This document shows positions 20,143-29,162 of a stretch of 64,000 nt of DNA, in pieces. Origin of the DNA: Bdellovibrionota bacterium (GTDB lineage: Bacteria > Bdellovibrionota > UBA1018 > CAIPTA01 > JAALKR01). The notes below the pieces were generated by a model that made no database searches, was not told the origin of the DNA, and saw only the letters and a list, made by a program, of their open reading frames with translations. The stretch covers positions 1,088,001-1,152,000 of the forward strand of contig CBDBMJ010000001.1 in NCBI GenBank assembly GCA_965207455.1, read 5' to 3'. Positions within the stretch are counted from its first letter, which is position 1, and each line of letters opens with the position of its first letter. The position numbers were made by a program, and so were the translations under genes.

Positions 20143-20472
20143 TTAAGTAGTTTTTGGCTGGTTTTTTTGACTGGAGGGAGAACGAGAAACTCCTCTTCGC
20201 TGCTTTTGAATTTTTGTTCGAACCTGCAACAAACGAAAGGATAATTTCTCCGGCTTAGCCTTCATCAAAACAGGAACAATTCCACCCAACTTATCCACTG
20301 TGCGAATAGCTCGAGTTGAAAGATACAACTGCATCGTCCTTCCTAACTCCGGAATAGTATATTTCTTAGAACGTAGGTTTAACTCCCAACGGGTGCGAGT
20401 CCTGTTTTTGGCATGACTCACGTTGTTACCGTAATTTGGCCTTTTTCCTGTAAGTTCACATAAGCGCGGCAT
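20143..20472 (-). CDS. rpmB: 50S ribosomal protein L28
   Basis: RLCELTGKRPNYGNNVSHAKNRTRTRWELNL; STRAIRTVDKLGG. Confidence 0.93.
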   Translation of the reverse strand: MPRLCELTGKRPNYGNNVSHAKNRTRTRWELNLRSKKYTIPELGRTMQLYLSTRAIRTVDKLGGIVPVLMKAKPEKLSFRLLQVRTKIQKQRRGVSRSPSSQKNQPKTT

Positions 20473-20513
20473 AATTCTAACCTCTCTACTACATCACCTA
20501 TCATAGGGAAGTT

Positions 20514-21536
20514 CTAAAAGCAAGTTTTCAAGGATTTATTGATCTCCCGAACTAGCCCCGGCCCCCTATAAATAAGCCCCGTATACAATTCCAAAAGATT
20601 GGCCCCTGCCTCCAGTCGGGCTTTGGCATCCTCTCCATCACTCAACCCTCCCACAGAAATAAGAAGGGGCTTGGGACCCATCTGTCGACGTAATTTTTCG
20701 ATATGGGAAACCGAAAGCTCCCTAAGGGGCCTGCCACTAATCCCCCCAGACTCCTGACTAAAGTCCACAGCATCCCTTTGGATCGGCAAATCCCGACGAG
20801 TGCTCGTATTCGTCGCAACAATTCCTCCACAACCACTCTCCATGGCTATATCTATGGTTTGCTCCAAGCTATCCCCCATGTCCGGCGATATTTTTAATAA
20901 AAAAGAGGGCGCATTTCCCTGCCCACATTCCCGAATCTTGGAACCAATGGACCGGAGCAAAGGTCGCAAAAAATTTTCCTCCTGCAAATCACGCAAACCA
21001 GGCGTGTTCGGAGAACTAATATTCACCACAAAAAAATCCGCATAACGGTAAAGCCTCTCTATCAATAAAACATAATCCAAATGGGCTTTCTCCAGAGGAG
21101 TATCCTTATTTTTTCCAATATTGATCCCAATGGGACAGGCCCTGGAACCCAACCTCTCTAAACGCTGAGCCACCACCCCCATCCCCTCATTATTAAATCC
21201 CATTCGATTAATAAGACCCTCAGATTCCTTTAACCGAAACAAACGGGGCTTGGGATTTCCCCCCTGAGGTAACGGGGTAACCGTACCAATCTCCACAAAA
21301 CCAAAACCCAATGCCATCATCGAAGGCAGCAACTCCCCATTTTTATCAAAGCCCGCAGCCAAGCCTAATGGGGAGTGAAATGCTCGGTTAAAATATTCAT
21401 ATTTTTTCTCTCCTCGAAGATAATAAGGAAAAGAAAACGCCACCTTATTGGTTATTTTCAGAAAAAACAGAACAACACTGTGGGCCATCTCTGGGGGGAT
21501 GCGAAAAAAAATCCAACGAAAGAATTGCCAAACCAT
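20514..21536 (-). CDS. pyrD: Dihydroorotate dehydrogenase (quinone)
   Basis: GLAAGFDKNG, NRMGFNN, NISSPNTPGLR, GGISG. Confidence 0.95.
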   Translation of the reverse strand: MVWQFFRWIFFRIPPEMAHSVVLFFLKITNKVAFSFPYYLRGEKKYEYFNRAFHSPLGLAAGFDKNGELLPSMMALGFGFVEIGTVTPLPQGGNPKPRLFRLKESEGLINRMGFNNEGMGVVAQRLERLGSRACPIGINIGKNKDTPLEKAHLDYVLLIERLYRYADFFVVNISSPNTPGLRDLQEENFLRPLLRSIGSKIRECGQGNAPSFLLKISPDMGDSLEQTIDIAMESGCGGIVATNTSTRRDLPIQRDAVDFSQESGGISGRPLRELSVSHIEKLRRQMGPKPLLISVGGLSDGEDAKARLEAGANLLELYTGLIYRGPGLVREINKSLKTCF

Positions 21537-21617
21537 GAATAACTTTATATCACAGGTATAAGGAGAAGGTTGCCAAAGCCATAATCGTGCTTATTCTATT
21601 AAGGAAGCGAAAATACT

Positions 21618-24071
21618 ATGACCATGAAAAAAACAAAAAAAATCCAAACTGGCGTATCTAAGGACCACCCCCCCGTACTCCCCCTTATGGCCATAGAGTC
21701 CAGCCCTGTGTTTCCCGGCCTTGTTGCCTCCATTCATGTCCCCCCAGGAAAATCCATCCTAAGCATTAAGCGGGCCATGTCTGAAAATCGTATCATTGGC
21801 TTTCTTCTGCCCAAGCAGGAACTCAAACACCCTCCCCACACAGAGGAAGCGGATGCTGATGCTCCTGAGGTGCACTATTCCATGGATGAGCTCTACAGAA
21901 AGGGCGTGAGTGTACGCATCCTAAAAAAAGTACTCATGCCGGACGAAAGCATGAATATACTCGTCCACGGCATTGAGCGTTTCCAAGTGAGTATTCTCCT
22001 GCAAAAGGATCCCTATATATATTCTCGTGTGAAGTACATGAAAACTTCCGACAAAAAAACAAAGGAAACAGAGGCACTGGCAAGAACAATTATTCAGCAA
22101 GTAAAGCACCTTTCTAAGTCCAATCCCTTCTTTACGGAAGAGATGAAAATTGCCATGATCAATTCGCCTTCCCCGGGTGTCCTATCGGATATGGTTGCCT
22201 TTGCTCTTTCCTTGCATGGAAAGGAAGCCCAGACCTATTTAGAAACCTCGAACGTACGGGAACGTCTCCTAAAACTGCTTGTATTCCTTCGTAAGGAAAA
22301 AGACATGGCCGACGTGCAAAGAAAACTAGCCGACGAGGTGGACCTGCGTGTGGAAAAATTCCAACGGGAATATATGCTCAAGGAGCAGCTAAAGAGTATT
22401 AAAAAAGAATTGGGCATGGAGGAAGATGAAAAGACAAAGGAATATCGTCTGCTCAAAGAAAAAATAAAAAAAGCGGACCTTCCAAAGCACGCCCAAACGG
22501 TGGCAGATCAGGAACTGCGACGACTACAAACCATCACAGAACACAGCCCAGAATACCACCTCACCCGGAATTATATCGAGTGGATCGGTGATCTCCCATG
22601 GACAAAATTCACCGAGGATAATCTCAACTTAAAAAATAGTTCTATAATTTTAGATAAAGACCATTTTGGGCTAAAGGACGTGAAAGATCGCATCCTAGAG
22701 TTCTTAGCGGTACGTAACCTCAAGCCAAAATCTGAGGGCTCCATACTATGCTTCGTGGGTCCCCCTGGCGTGGGGAAAACAAGCTTAGGAAAGGCTATCG
22801 CGAAAGCATTGGGACGAAATTTCTTTCGCTTTTCCTTGGGAGGCATGCGGGATGAAACGGAAATCAACGGTCACCGACGAACATACGTGGGAGCTATGCC
22901 GGGAAAAATCATACAAGCCCTCAAGCGAGTGGGATCCAACAACGCCCTTATCATGTTCGACGAAGTGGACAAAATGCACAGCAGTTACCACGGAGACCCT
23001 GGCGGGGCTCTTCTGGAAGTTCTGGACCCAGAACAAAATAAAAATTTCCTAGATCATTATTTGGATATTCCTTTTGACCTATCGAAAATCATGTTCATTG
23101 CTACTGCCAACGATATCTCCACCATTTCTCCAGCCCTACGGGATCGCATGGAAATCATAGAGCTCCCCGGCTACACCCAAGAGGAAAAGGAAATTATTGC
23201 TAAAAAACATGTCATTCCCCGATCTTTGGAAAAGCATGGCTTGAAAAATACAATGCTAAAAATTCCTGTGGCTAGCTTACGAAAAATTTTAAACAACTAC
23301 GCAAGGGAACCGGGGGTACGAAGCCTACAGCAACAGATGGATAAAATCTGTAGACGAACGGCTCGCATGCGAGTGGAAGGCAAAAGGGGAAAGAAAGCCA
23401 TAACTGTCCAGCCCACAAAAATAGAGGACTGGCTAGGCCCTCAACGCTTCTTCAATGAAGCCCAATCTCGACTCCAACAGCCCGGCGTAATGACAGGCCT
23501 TGCTTGGACACCCATGGGAGGAGAACTCCTATTTATTGAAGCCATTGCACTCCAGGGAACGGGAGAACTAAAGCTTACGGGAAAAATGGGCGACGTGATG
23601 ACTGAAAGTGCAAAAATTGCTCTCTCCTACCTAAAAAAATATCTCCACCAACAAAAGAATCTGAAATTGCGATCCGTTGTTAGGAACAAAAAAAATGAAA
23701 ACCCCATGGTCTCTCCACAAGAGTGGTTCAAAACCCACGATATCCATGTACATATTCCTTCCGGTGCGATTCCTAAGGACGGCCCTTCAGCAGGCATTAC
23801 CATGTCCTCTGCCCTATTGTCCCTGACCTTGGGAAAACTAGCCCAACCCAAAATTGCCATGACGGGAGAATTATCTTTGGTGGGCAGGGTGCTACCCGTT
23901 GGTGGTGTGCGAGATAAAGTACTTGCTGCTAAACGTTCGGGTATTAAGCATATCATTTTACCCGAATGGAACCGTCAGGACTTAAAAGAAATTCCATTGA
24001 GCCAACGCAAAGGATTAAAATTCAGTTTTGTGTCCCATGTAAATAAGGTTTTTGATCTAGTTCTGCGTTAA
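21618..24071 (+). CDS. lon: ATP-dependent Lon protease
   Basis: LON N domain, Walker A GPPGVGKTS, DEVDK, PKDGPSAG catalytic Ser. Confidence 0.97.
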   Translation: MTMKKTKKIQTGVSKDHPPVLPLMAIESSPVFPGLVASIHVPPGKSILSIKRAMSENRIIGFLLPKQELKHPPHTEEADADAPEVHYSMDELYRKGVSVRILKKVLMPDESMNILVHGIERFQVSILLQKDPYIYSRVKYMKTSDKKTKETEALARTIIQQVKHLSKSNPFFTEEMKIAMINSPSPGVLSDMVAFALSLHGKEAQTYLETSNVRERLLKLLVFLRKEKDMADVQRKLADEVDLRVEKFQREYMLKEQLKSIKKELGMEEDEKTKEYRLLKEKIKKADLPKHAQTVADQELRRLQTITEHSPEYHLTRNYIEWIGDLPWTKFTEDNLNLKNSSIILDKDHFGLKDVKDRILEFLAVRNLKPKSEGSILCFVGPPGVGKTSLGKAIAKALGRNFFRFSLGGMRDETEINGHRRTYVGAMPGKIIQALKRVGSNNALIMFDEVDKMHSSYHGDPGGALLEVLDPEQNKNFLDHYLDIPFDLSKIMFIATANDISTISPALRDRMEIIELPGYTQEEKEIIAKKHVIPRSLEKHGLKNTMLKIPVASLRKILNNYAREPGVRSLQQQMDKICRRTARMRVEGKRGKKAITVQPTKIEDWLGPQRFFNEAQSRLQQPGVMTGLAWTPMGGELLFIEAIALQGTGELKLTGKMGDVMTESAKIALSYLKKYLHQQKNLKLRSVVRNKKNENPMVSPQEWFKTHDIHVHIPSGAIPKDGPSAGITMSSALLSLTLGKLAQPKIAMTGELSLVGRVLPVGGVRDKVLAAKRSGIKHIILPEWNRQDLKEIPLSQRKGLKFSFVSHVNKVFDLVLR

Positions 24072-24122
24072 AGAAAACCATTGCCCATAACAGACCTCTA
24101 GTGGTAAAAAAAACAAGCAATT

Positions 24123-25253
24123 ATGGAAACAAAAGCAACAAACAACAGGGCGTATTTTAGGGCGTATTTTAGAGCGTATTTTAGAGCGTATTTTTTTCTC
24201 ACCCCTACCATGCTCCTACTCCTAGCCACTAATTCTTTGGCCAGCAACCTAACGCTTCGCCTTATGCACGAATCCACCCTTTCCACCAACACCTTCTTTC
24301 AAAACACAAAGCTGGGCGGACTATCGGGTCTTCACCTAAGTGGCAACACAATTCTTGCCATTAGTGATGATAAAGGTTTTCACAGTCCACCGCGAATCTA
24401 TACTTTTTCCCTTACCCCAAACCGTAAGCTCCCTATTGAGCCCAAGGAAGTAATCTTTTTAAACGATCGACACCAAAAGCCCTTTCCTCCCGGATCGGTG
24501 GACTTGGAAGCTATCACTCGCCTTCCCAACCAAATGTTTCTGATCCCGTCCGAGCCCTATGGAAATAAACCTCCTATTCTCTATCTCTTTTCCCTAAAAA
24601 AAATAGGCAGCACCACCATTGCCCAAGAAACAGACACTCTTCCCATTCCTCCCAAATTTCACCCCACGGCAACAACGGGATTGCGAAATAATAATGGATT
24701 TGAATCTGCCCACTACTTTCCCTCCAATGGACGGATTTATGTGGGAGCGGAAAAAGCTCTTCGTCAAGATGCAAAGGATCGTGAACTCCACAGGGGTAGC
24801 TTCACACGCATAATCGAATATACTCCCCATAATAATACCTTCCTACCCGGTAAAGAATTTCTATATCCCGTAAGTGCTGTAAAAAACTACGCAGACATTG
24901 GTCTTGTGGAACTGGCTTCCCATAGGAATACCCTCCTTGCCTTGGAGCGATCCTATAGCGTGGGGGGTGGCACTAGAATAAAGATTTTCTCTCTCGATCT
25001 TATGAACGCCACGGATGTATCTGCTTGGAGCTCCATACGGGGAAAAGAATTTAAAGCTATTGGGAAAACACTGCTCTGGGACTCTAAGAGCCAAGCGCTT
25101 CTGGTGGATAACTTGGAGGGAATGATCGTTGGTCCTCCTCTTTACGGTTCCAACCCCACCCTACTCTTAGTCAGCGACAATAATTTTAATCCAAAGCAAA
25201 AAACACAATGGATTATTTTTGAACTTAATGAAAATCAACCAAAAACCAACTAG
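24123..25253 (+). CDS. Esterase-like activity of phytase family secreted protein
   Basis: GGLSGL, ISDD, DLEAI, RNNNGFES, DNLEGM, VSDNNF. Confidence 0.8.
   Translation: METKATNNRAYFRAYFRAYFRAYFFLTPTMLLLLATNSLASNLTLRLMHESTLSTNTFFQNTKLGGLSGLHLSGNTILAISDDKGFHSPPRIYTFSLTPNRKLPIEPKEVIFLNDRHQKPFPPGSVDLEAITRLPNQMFLIPSEPYGNKPPILYLFSLKKIGSTTIAQETDTLPIPPKFHPTATTGLRNNNGFESAHYFPSNGRIYVGAEKALRQDAKDRELHRGSFTRIIEYTPHNNTFLPGKEFLYPVSAVKNYADIGLVELASHRNTLLALERSYSVGGGTRIKIFSLDLMNATDVSAWSSIRGKEFKAIGKTLLWDSKSQALLVDNLEGMIVGPPLYGSNPTLLLVSDNNFNPKQKTQWIIFELNENQPKTN
24147..24194 (+). repeat. 12-bp tandem repeat AG(G/A)GCGTATTTT x4 (RAYF x4)
   Basis: Directly visible: two AGGG units then two AGAG units. Confidence 0.95.
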
Positions 25254-25275
25254 ACAAATAGAAAGGAATATTAAA

Positions 25276-26910
25276 ATGAAAACTACCCATACACTACTTA
25301 TTGCCATCCTAACCATTGCTAGCCTAGCTGGCTGTAGTCAAAATCCACAAAAAGGTACAGGTGGGGTAAGTACTTTTTATCAAAACCTTGGAGCAGAACC
25401 CAGTACTCTCAATCCTATCACAAGTACAGATGTATACTCGTTAATAATACGAGGATATATAGTAGATAGCCTCATGACACGCAATAAAGATACCTACAAA
25501 TGGGAGCCATCCCTAGCCACCAGTGTAACCACTTCCAAAGATGGAAAGATATTCACCGTAAAGATTCGAAAGGGTGTGACCTTTAGCGATGGAAAACCTC
25601 TCACAGCACAGGATGTAAAATTTAGCTTTGATGTGTATTTTGACGACACTTATAATGCTGTCCATGTACGTACGTACCTTGAGGGTATTAAAAAAGTGGA
25701 GGTTGTAGACCCCTACACTATTCGCTTCCATGCAAAAGAAACCTATTTTGGAAACTACAACATAGTAGCTGGTCTTAATATTATTCCTAAGCATATTTAT
25801 GAAGATGCAAAGGTGGGAAGGAAAAAGAATAAAACGGTTATTGGTTCTGGTCCCTATATACTCCACAAATACGACCAAGGAAAACGCCTCATACTGAAAA
25901 GAAATCCCAATTGGTGGGGCTATAAAGACCTCAAAGAAAAAGCAGAGAAACGTTATAATTTCGACACTCTCGCATTTCGCTTTATCAAAGAAAATCAAGT
26001 GGCCATAGAAACCATGAAGAAAGGTTCTTTAGATTTCCTAGGTCTTACTCCAGAAGACTATGTAAAGAAAACATCAGGACCATTATGGAAAACAAAGCTA
26101 GTGAAGAAGAAAACAAAAAACCAAGCGCCCAAGGGATACGGCTATATTGGCTGGAATTTAAAGAATGATTTATTCAAAGATAGGCGAGTACGACGAGCTC
26201 TAAACCACCTTGTGAATCGGGAAATGATGAATAAAAAATTCCGCTTTAATATGTCCAAGCTAGCTACTGGTCCTTGGTATAGGGACAGTATCTACGCTGA
26301 CCCAACAGTAAAGCCCATCCTTTTCTCTCCAAAGAAAGCCCAAGCACTCCTTAAGGCAGCGGGCTGGCGCGATTCAGACAAAAACAGTATTTTAGAGAAG
26401 AAAAATAAAAAGGGGAAAAAGCAGGAGTTTAGCTTCACCCTAATGTTTGCCAACAAGGACAGTGAGAAATACTGGACCCTCTTCAAGGAAGACCTTAAAA
26501 AGAACGGGATTCAAATGAACTTGAAGTTCATTGAATGGAATAGTTTTATACAGCTCCTTGATGAGAAAAAGTTTGAAGCTGTGGTCCTAGGCTGGGGAGG
26601 TGGATCCGTGGATCTGGACCCCAAGCAAATATGGCATTCCTCTAGTGCGAACAAAGGGGGTTCCAACTTCATATCCTATAAGAATAAAAAAGTGGACAAG
26701 CTGATTGAAAAAGCAAGGCTGCAACTTAACCGAGATGATAGAGTAAAAACCCTGAGAAAAGTCTATTCCCTTATAGCCAACGATGCTCCCTACGCTTTTC
26801 TCTTCAACTCGAAATTTGTTTTATATGCAAAACAAAGTCGTATACAGCAGAAAAAAGACAGCTATAACTACACTTTAGGTGAAGATTATTGGTGGCTACA
26901 GCGAGAGTAG
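25276..26910 (+). CDS. Peptide ABC transporter substrate-binding lipoprotein (OppA/YejA-like)
   Basis: Lipobox LAGC; EPSTLNP, TFSDGKPLTAQDVKFS, GSGPY. Confidence 0.9.
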   Translation: MKTTHTLLIAILTIASLAGCSQNPQKGTGGVSTFYQNLGAEPSTLNPITSTDVYSLIIRGYIVDSLMTRNKDTYKWEPSLATSVTTSKDGKIFTVKIRKGVTFSDGKPLTAQDVKFSFDVYFDDTYNAVHVRTYLEGIKKVEVVDPYTIRFHAKETYFGNYNIVAGLNIIPKHIYEDAKVGRKKNKTVIGSGPYILHKYDQGKRLILKRNPNWWGYKDLKEKAEKRYNFDTLAFRFIKENQVAIETMKKGSLDFLGLTPEDYVKKTSGPLWKTKLVKKKTKNQAPKGYGYIGWNLKNDLFKDRRVRRALNHLVNREMMNKKFRFNMSKLATGPWYRDSIYADPTVKPILFSPKKAQALLKAAGWRDSDKNSILEKKNKKGKKQEFSFTLMFANKDSEKYWTLFKEDLKKNGIQMNLKFIEWNSFIQLLDEKKFEAVVLGWGGGSVDLDPKQIWHSSSANKGGSNFISYKNKKVDKLIEKARLQLNRDDRVKTLRKVYSLIANDAPYAFLFNSKFVLYAKQSRIQQKKDSYNYTLGEDYWWLQRE

Positions 26911-26913
26911 ATT

Positions 26914-27951
26914 TTGTATACTTATATACTTCGAAGAGCATTACTAACTATTCCAACGTTGATTGGAATCACCCTTGTTTGCTTTTGCATTATCAACCTA
27001 GCTCCCGGATCCCCCATTGAACAAAAACTACAAGCAATGCGCTTTGGGGGCGCTATGGGTAATGGTGGTACCCAGGGAGGCGGCTCTGCCAGAAACGACC
27101 AAGGTGTTTCCAACGAAGTAATGGAAGCGCTGAAAAAGCAATATGGCTTTGATAAGCCTCTCCATATTCGCTATCTAATATGGGTAAAAAATATAGTTAC
27201 TCTAGACTTTGGAGAAAGTTTTACCTACGAAGAGCCCGTTATAGGGTTAATTGTGAGAAAGTTTCCCGTATCCTTGCAGTTTGGTATCACAAGCCTCATA
27301 CTTACCTATCTTATTTGTATTCCCTTAGGTGTATTCCAAGCTATTCGTAAAGGTTCTACTTTCGATAAAATAAGTAGTTTTATACTATTAGTTCTATACT
27401 CCGTTCCAACCGTTATGCTAGCCATCTTATTAATTGTTTTCTTATCTGGCGGCAGTTATTTCAGCTTTTTTCCTGTGGGAGAACTCTACTCCGATCAGTA
27501 CCACTCCCTATCTTTTTTTGGCAAGGTAGCCGATAGGTTCCACCACGCAGTTCTCCCTCTCACTTGTTACATGATTGGAAGTTTCACTGTACTTACAAAA
27601 TTAATGAAGAACTCCATGCTGGAAGTGGTGGCTCAGGATTATATACGAACAGCCCAAGCCAAGGGGCTAGCAGAAAAAGTAGTCTACTATAAACATGCCC
27701 TACGAAATGCCTTGATTCCCATCGTAACGGGCTTGAGTGGATTCTTAGGCATATTCTTTGCTGGATCTCTCATTATTGAGACAATTTTTCAGCTCGACGG
27801 CATTGGTCTCCTCTCCTTTAATTCCATTCTATCCAGAGATTATAATGTAATTATGGCCTTAATATTTATACAGTCCATACTTGTCCTAGTAGGAAAATTA
27901 ATAGTCGATGTGGCTTATACGGTGATAGATCCCAGAATTGATTTCGCATGA
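26914..27951 (+). CDS. Peptide ABC transporter permease (YejB/OppB-like)
   Basis: YILRR.LL.IPTL.GI, YGFDKP, DFGESF, EAA loop YIRTAQAKGL. Confidence 0.9.
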   Translation: MYTYILRRALLTIPTLIGITLVCFCIINLAPGSPIEQKLQAMRFGGAMGNGGTQGGGSARNDQGVSNEVMEALKKQYGFDKPLHIRYLIWVKNIVTLDFGESFTYEEPVIGLIVRKFPVSLQFGITSLILTYLICIPLGVFQAIRKGSTFDKISSFILLVLYSVPTVMLAILLIVFLSGGSYFSFFPVGELYSDQYHSLSFFGKVADRFHHAVLPLTCYMIGSFTVLTKLMKNSMLEVVAQDYIRTAQAKGLAEKVVYYKHALRNALIPIVTGLSGFLGIFFAGSLIIETIFQLDGIGLLSFNSILSRDYNVIMALIFIQSILVLVGKLIVDVAYTVIDPRIDFA

Positions 27952-28967
27952 TAGAATCCCGAATAAAAAATAAATTATCTCTCCGCCGCTACCGAAAATT
28001 TAAATCCAGCAAAAGTGCTGTAATATCTATTATTTTTTTATGTATCTGTTTTTTCTTTAGCTTAAGTGCAGAGTTTTGGGCTAATGATAAACCCATCGTA
28101 CTTAAATACAACGGATCCCTTTATTTTCCCATTGTAAAAGACTACCACCCCACAGTTTTTGGAAACGACCAAATGATTCTCACAGACTATAGAAAGCTAG
28201 ACATGGGAGAAAAGGATTTTGCCATTTGGACTCTCCTTTATTGGAATCCCTATGAGCACAATGCGAATGAGGAAACCTATCCGTCGGCGCCTTCTTTGAA
28301 AAACATCATGGGCACTGACGATAGGGGACGGGACGTGGCTGCAAGGCTACTCTATGGTTTTCGTTATAGCATGACCTACGCCATCTTTGTCTTTATCATT
28401 TCCTATATACTGGGTATTGTGGCTGGTGCTATTATGGGCTACTTTGGAGGCCTAACGGACCTCCTTGGTCAACGGGTAATTGAAGTATGGGAGTCCATTC
28501 CAGTGCTCATACTTCTGCTCACTCTCATTAGTATATTCCAGCCCAATATTGCCTTATTAATTTTTATTTCCAGCCTATTTGGTTGGATGGGCACTTCCAC
28601 CTATGTGCGAGCAGAGTTTTTAAAAATAAGAAAAATGGAATTTGTGGAAGCTAGTCGATCGTTGGGCATGTCCAACACTCGAACTATTTTCCATCATGTG
28701 TTGCCCAACTCCCTTGGTCCCATTATTACTTTCGCTCCGTTCACCATTGCCTCAGGTGTGGGAGCCCTTGCTATCTTGGATTTCTTGGGCTTTGGACTAC
28801 AACCGCCCACTCCCAGTTGGGGTGAGTTATTGGCACAAGCAAAAAATAATTTCACCATTGCTTGGTGGCTTGCTGTATTCCCATCAATCGCTCTTTTCTC
28901 CACTCTCCTATCCCTTATCTTAATCGGTGATAGTGTGCGAGACGCATTGGATCCTCGTGAGAACTAG
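27948..28967 (+). CDS. Peptide ABC transporter permease (YejE/OppC-like)
   Basis: ANDKP, GTDDRGRDV.ARL.YGFR, LDFLGFGL.PPTPSWGELL. Confidence 0.9.
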   Translation: MIESRIKNKLSLRRYRKFKSSKSAVISIIFLCICFFFSLSAEFWANDKPIVLKYNGSLYFPIVKDYHPTVFGNDQMILTDYRKLDMGEKDFAIWTLLYWNPYEHNANEETYPSAPSLKNIMGTDDRGRDVAARLLYGFRYSMTYAIFVFIISYILGIVAGAIMGYFGGLTDLLGQRVIEVWESIPVLILLLTLISIFQPNIALLIFISSLFGWMGTSTYVRAEFLKIRKMEFVEASRSLGMSNTRTIFHHVLPNSLGPIITFAPFTIASGVGALAILDFLGFGLQPPTPSWGELLAQAKNNFTIAWWLAVFPSIALFSTLLSLILIGDSVRDALDPREN

Positions 28968-29162
28968 CTTCCTCTTATTTTCTTGAAAGTTCATATAGAG
29001 AAAGTTTATGCATAAAATGATCTTATCTCCATCCTCTATATCAACATTATTTCTTTCAATCTGTTTCAAGAGTTTAATTTTTATGATAGAAAACTAAAAA
29101 TTATTTAACCAGTGGTTCAGAATTTGTACCACCATCGACTGTGCTTTCCATGTTAATGCAAA

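Noticed and set aside
28968..29162. Short minus-strand ORF-like stretches downstream of leuS
   Set aside because: Too short, no convincing RBS and no recognisable homology
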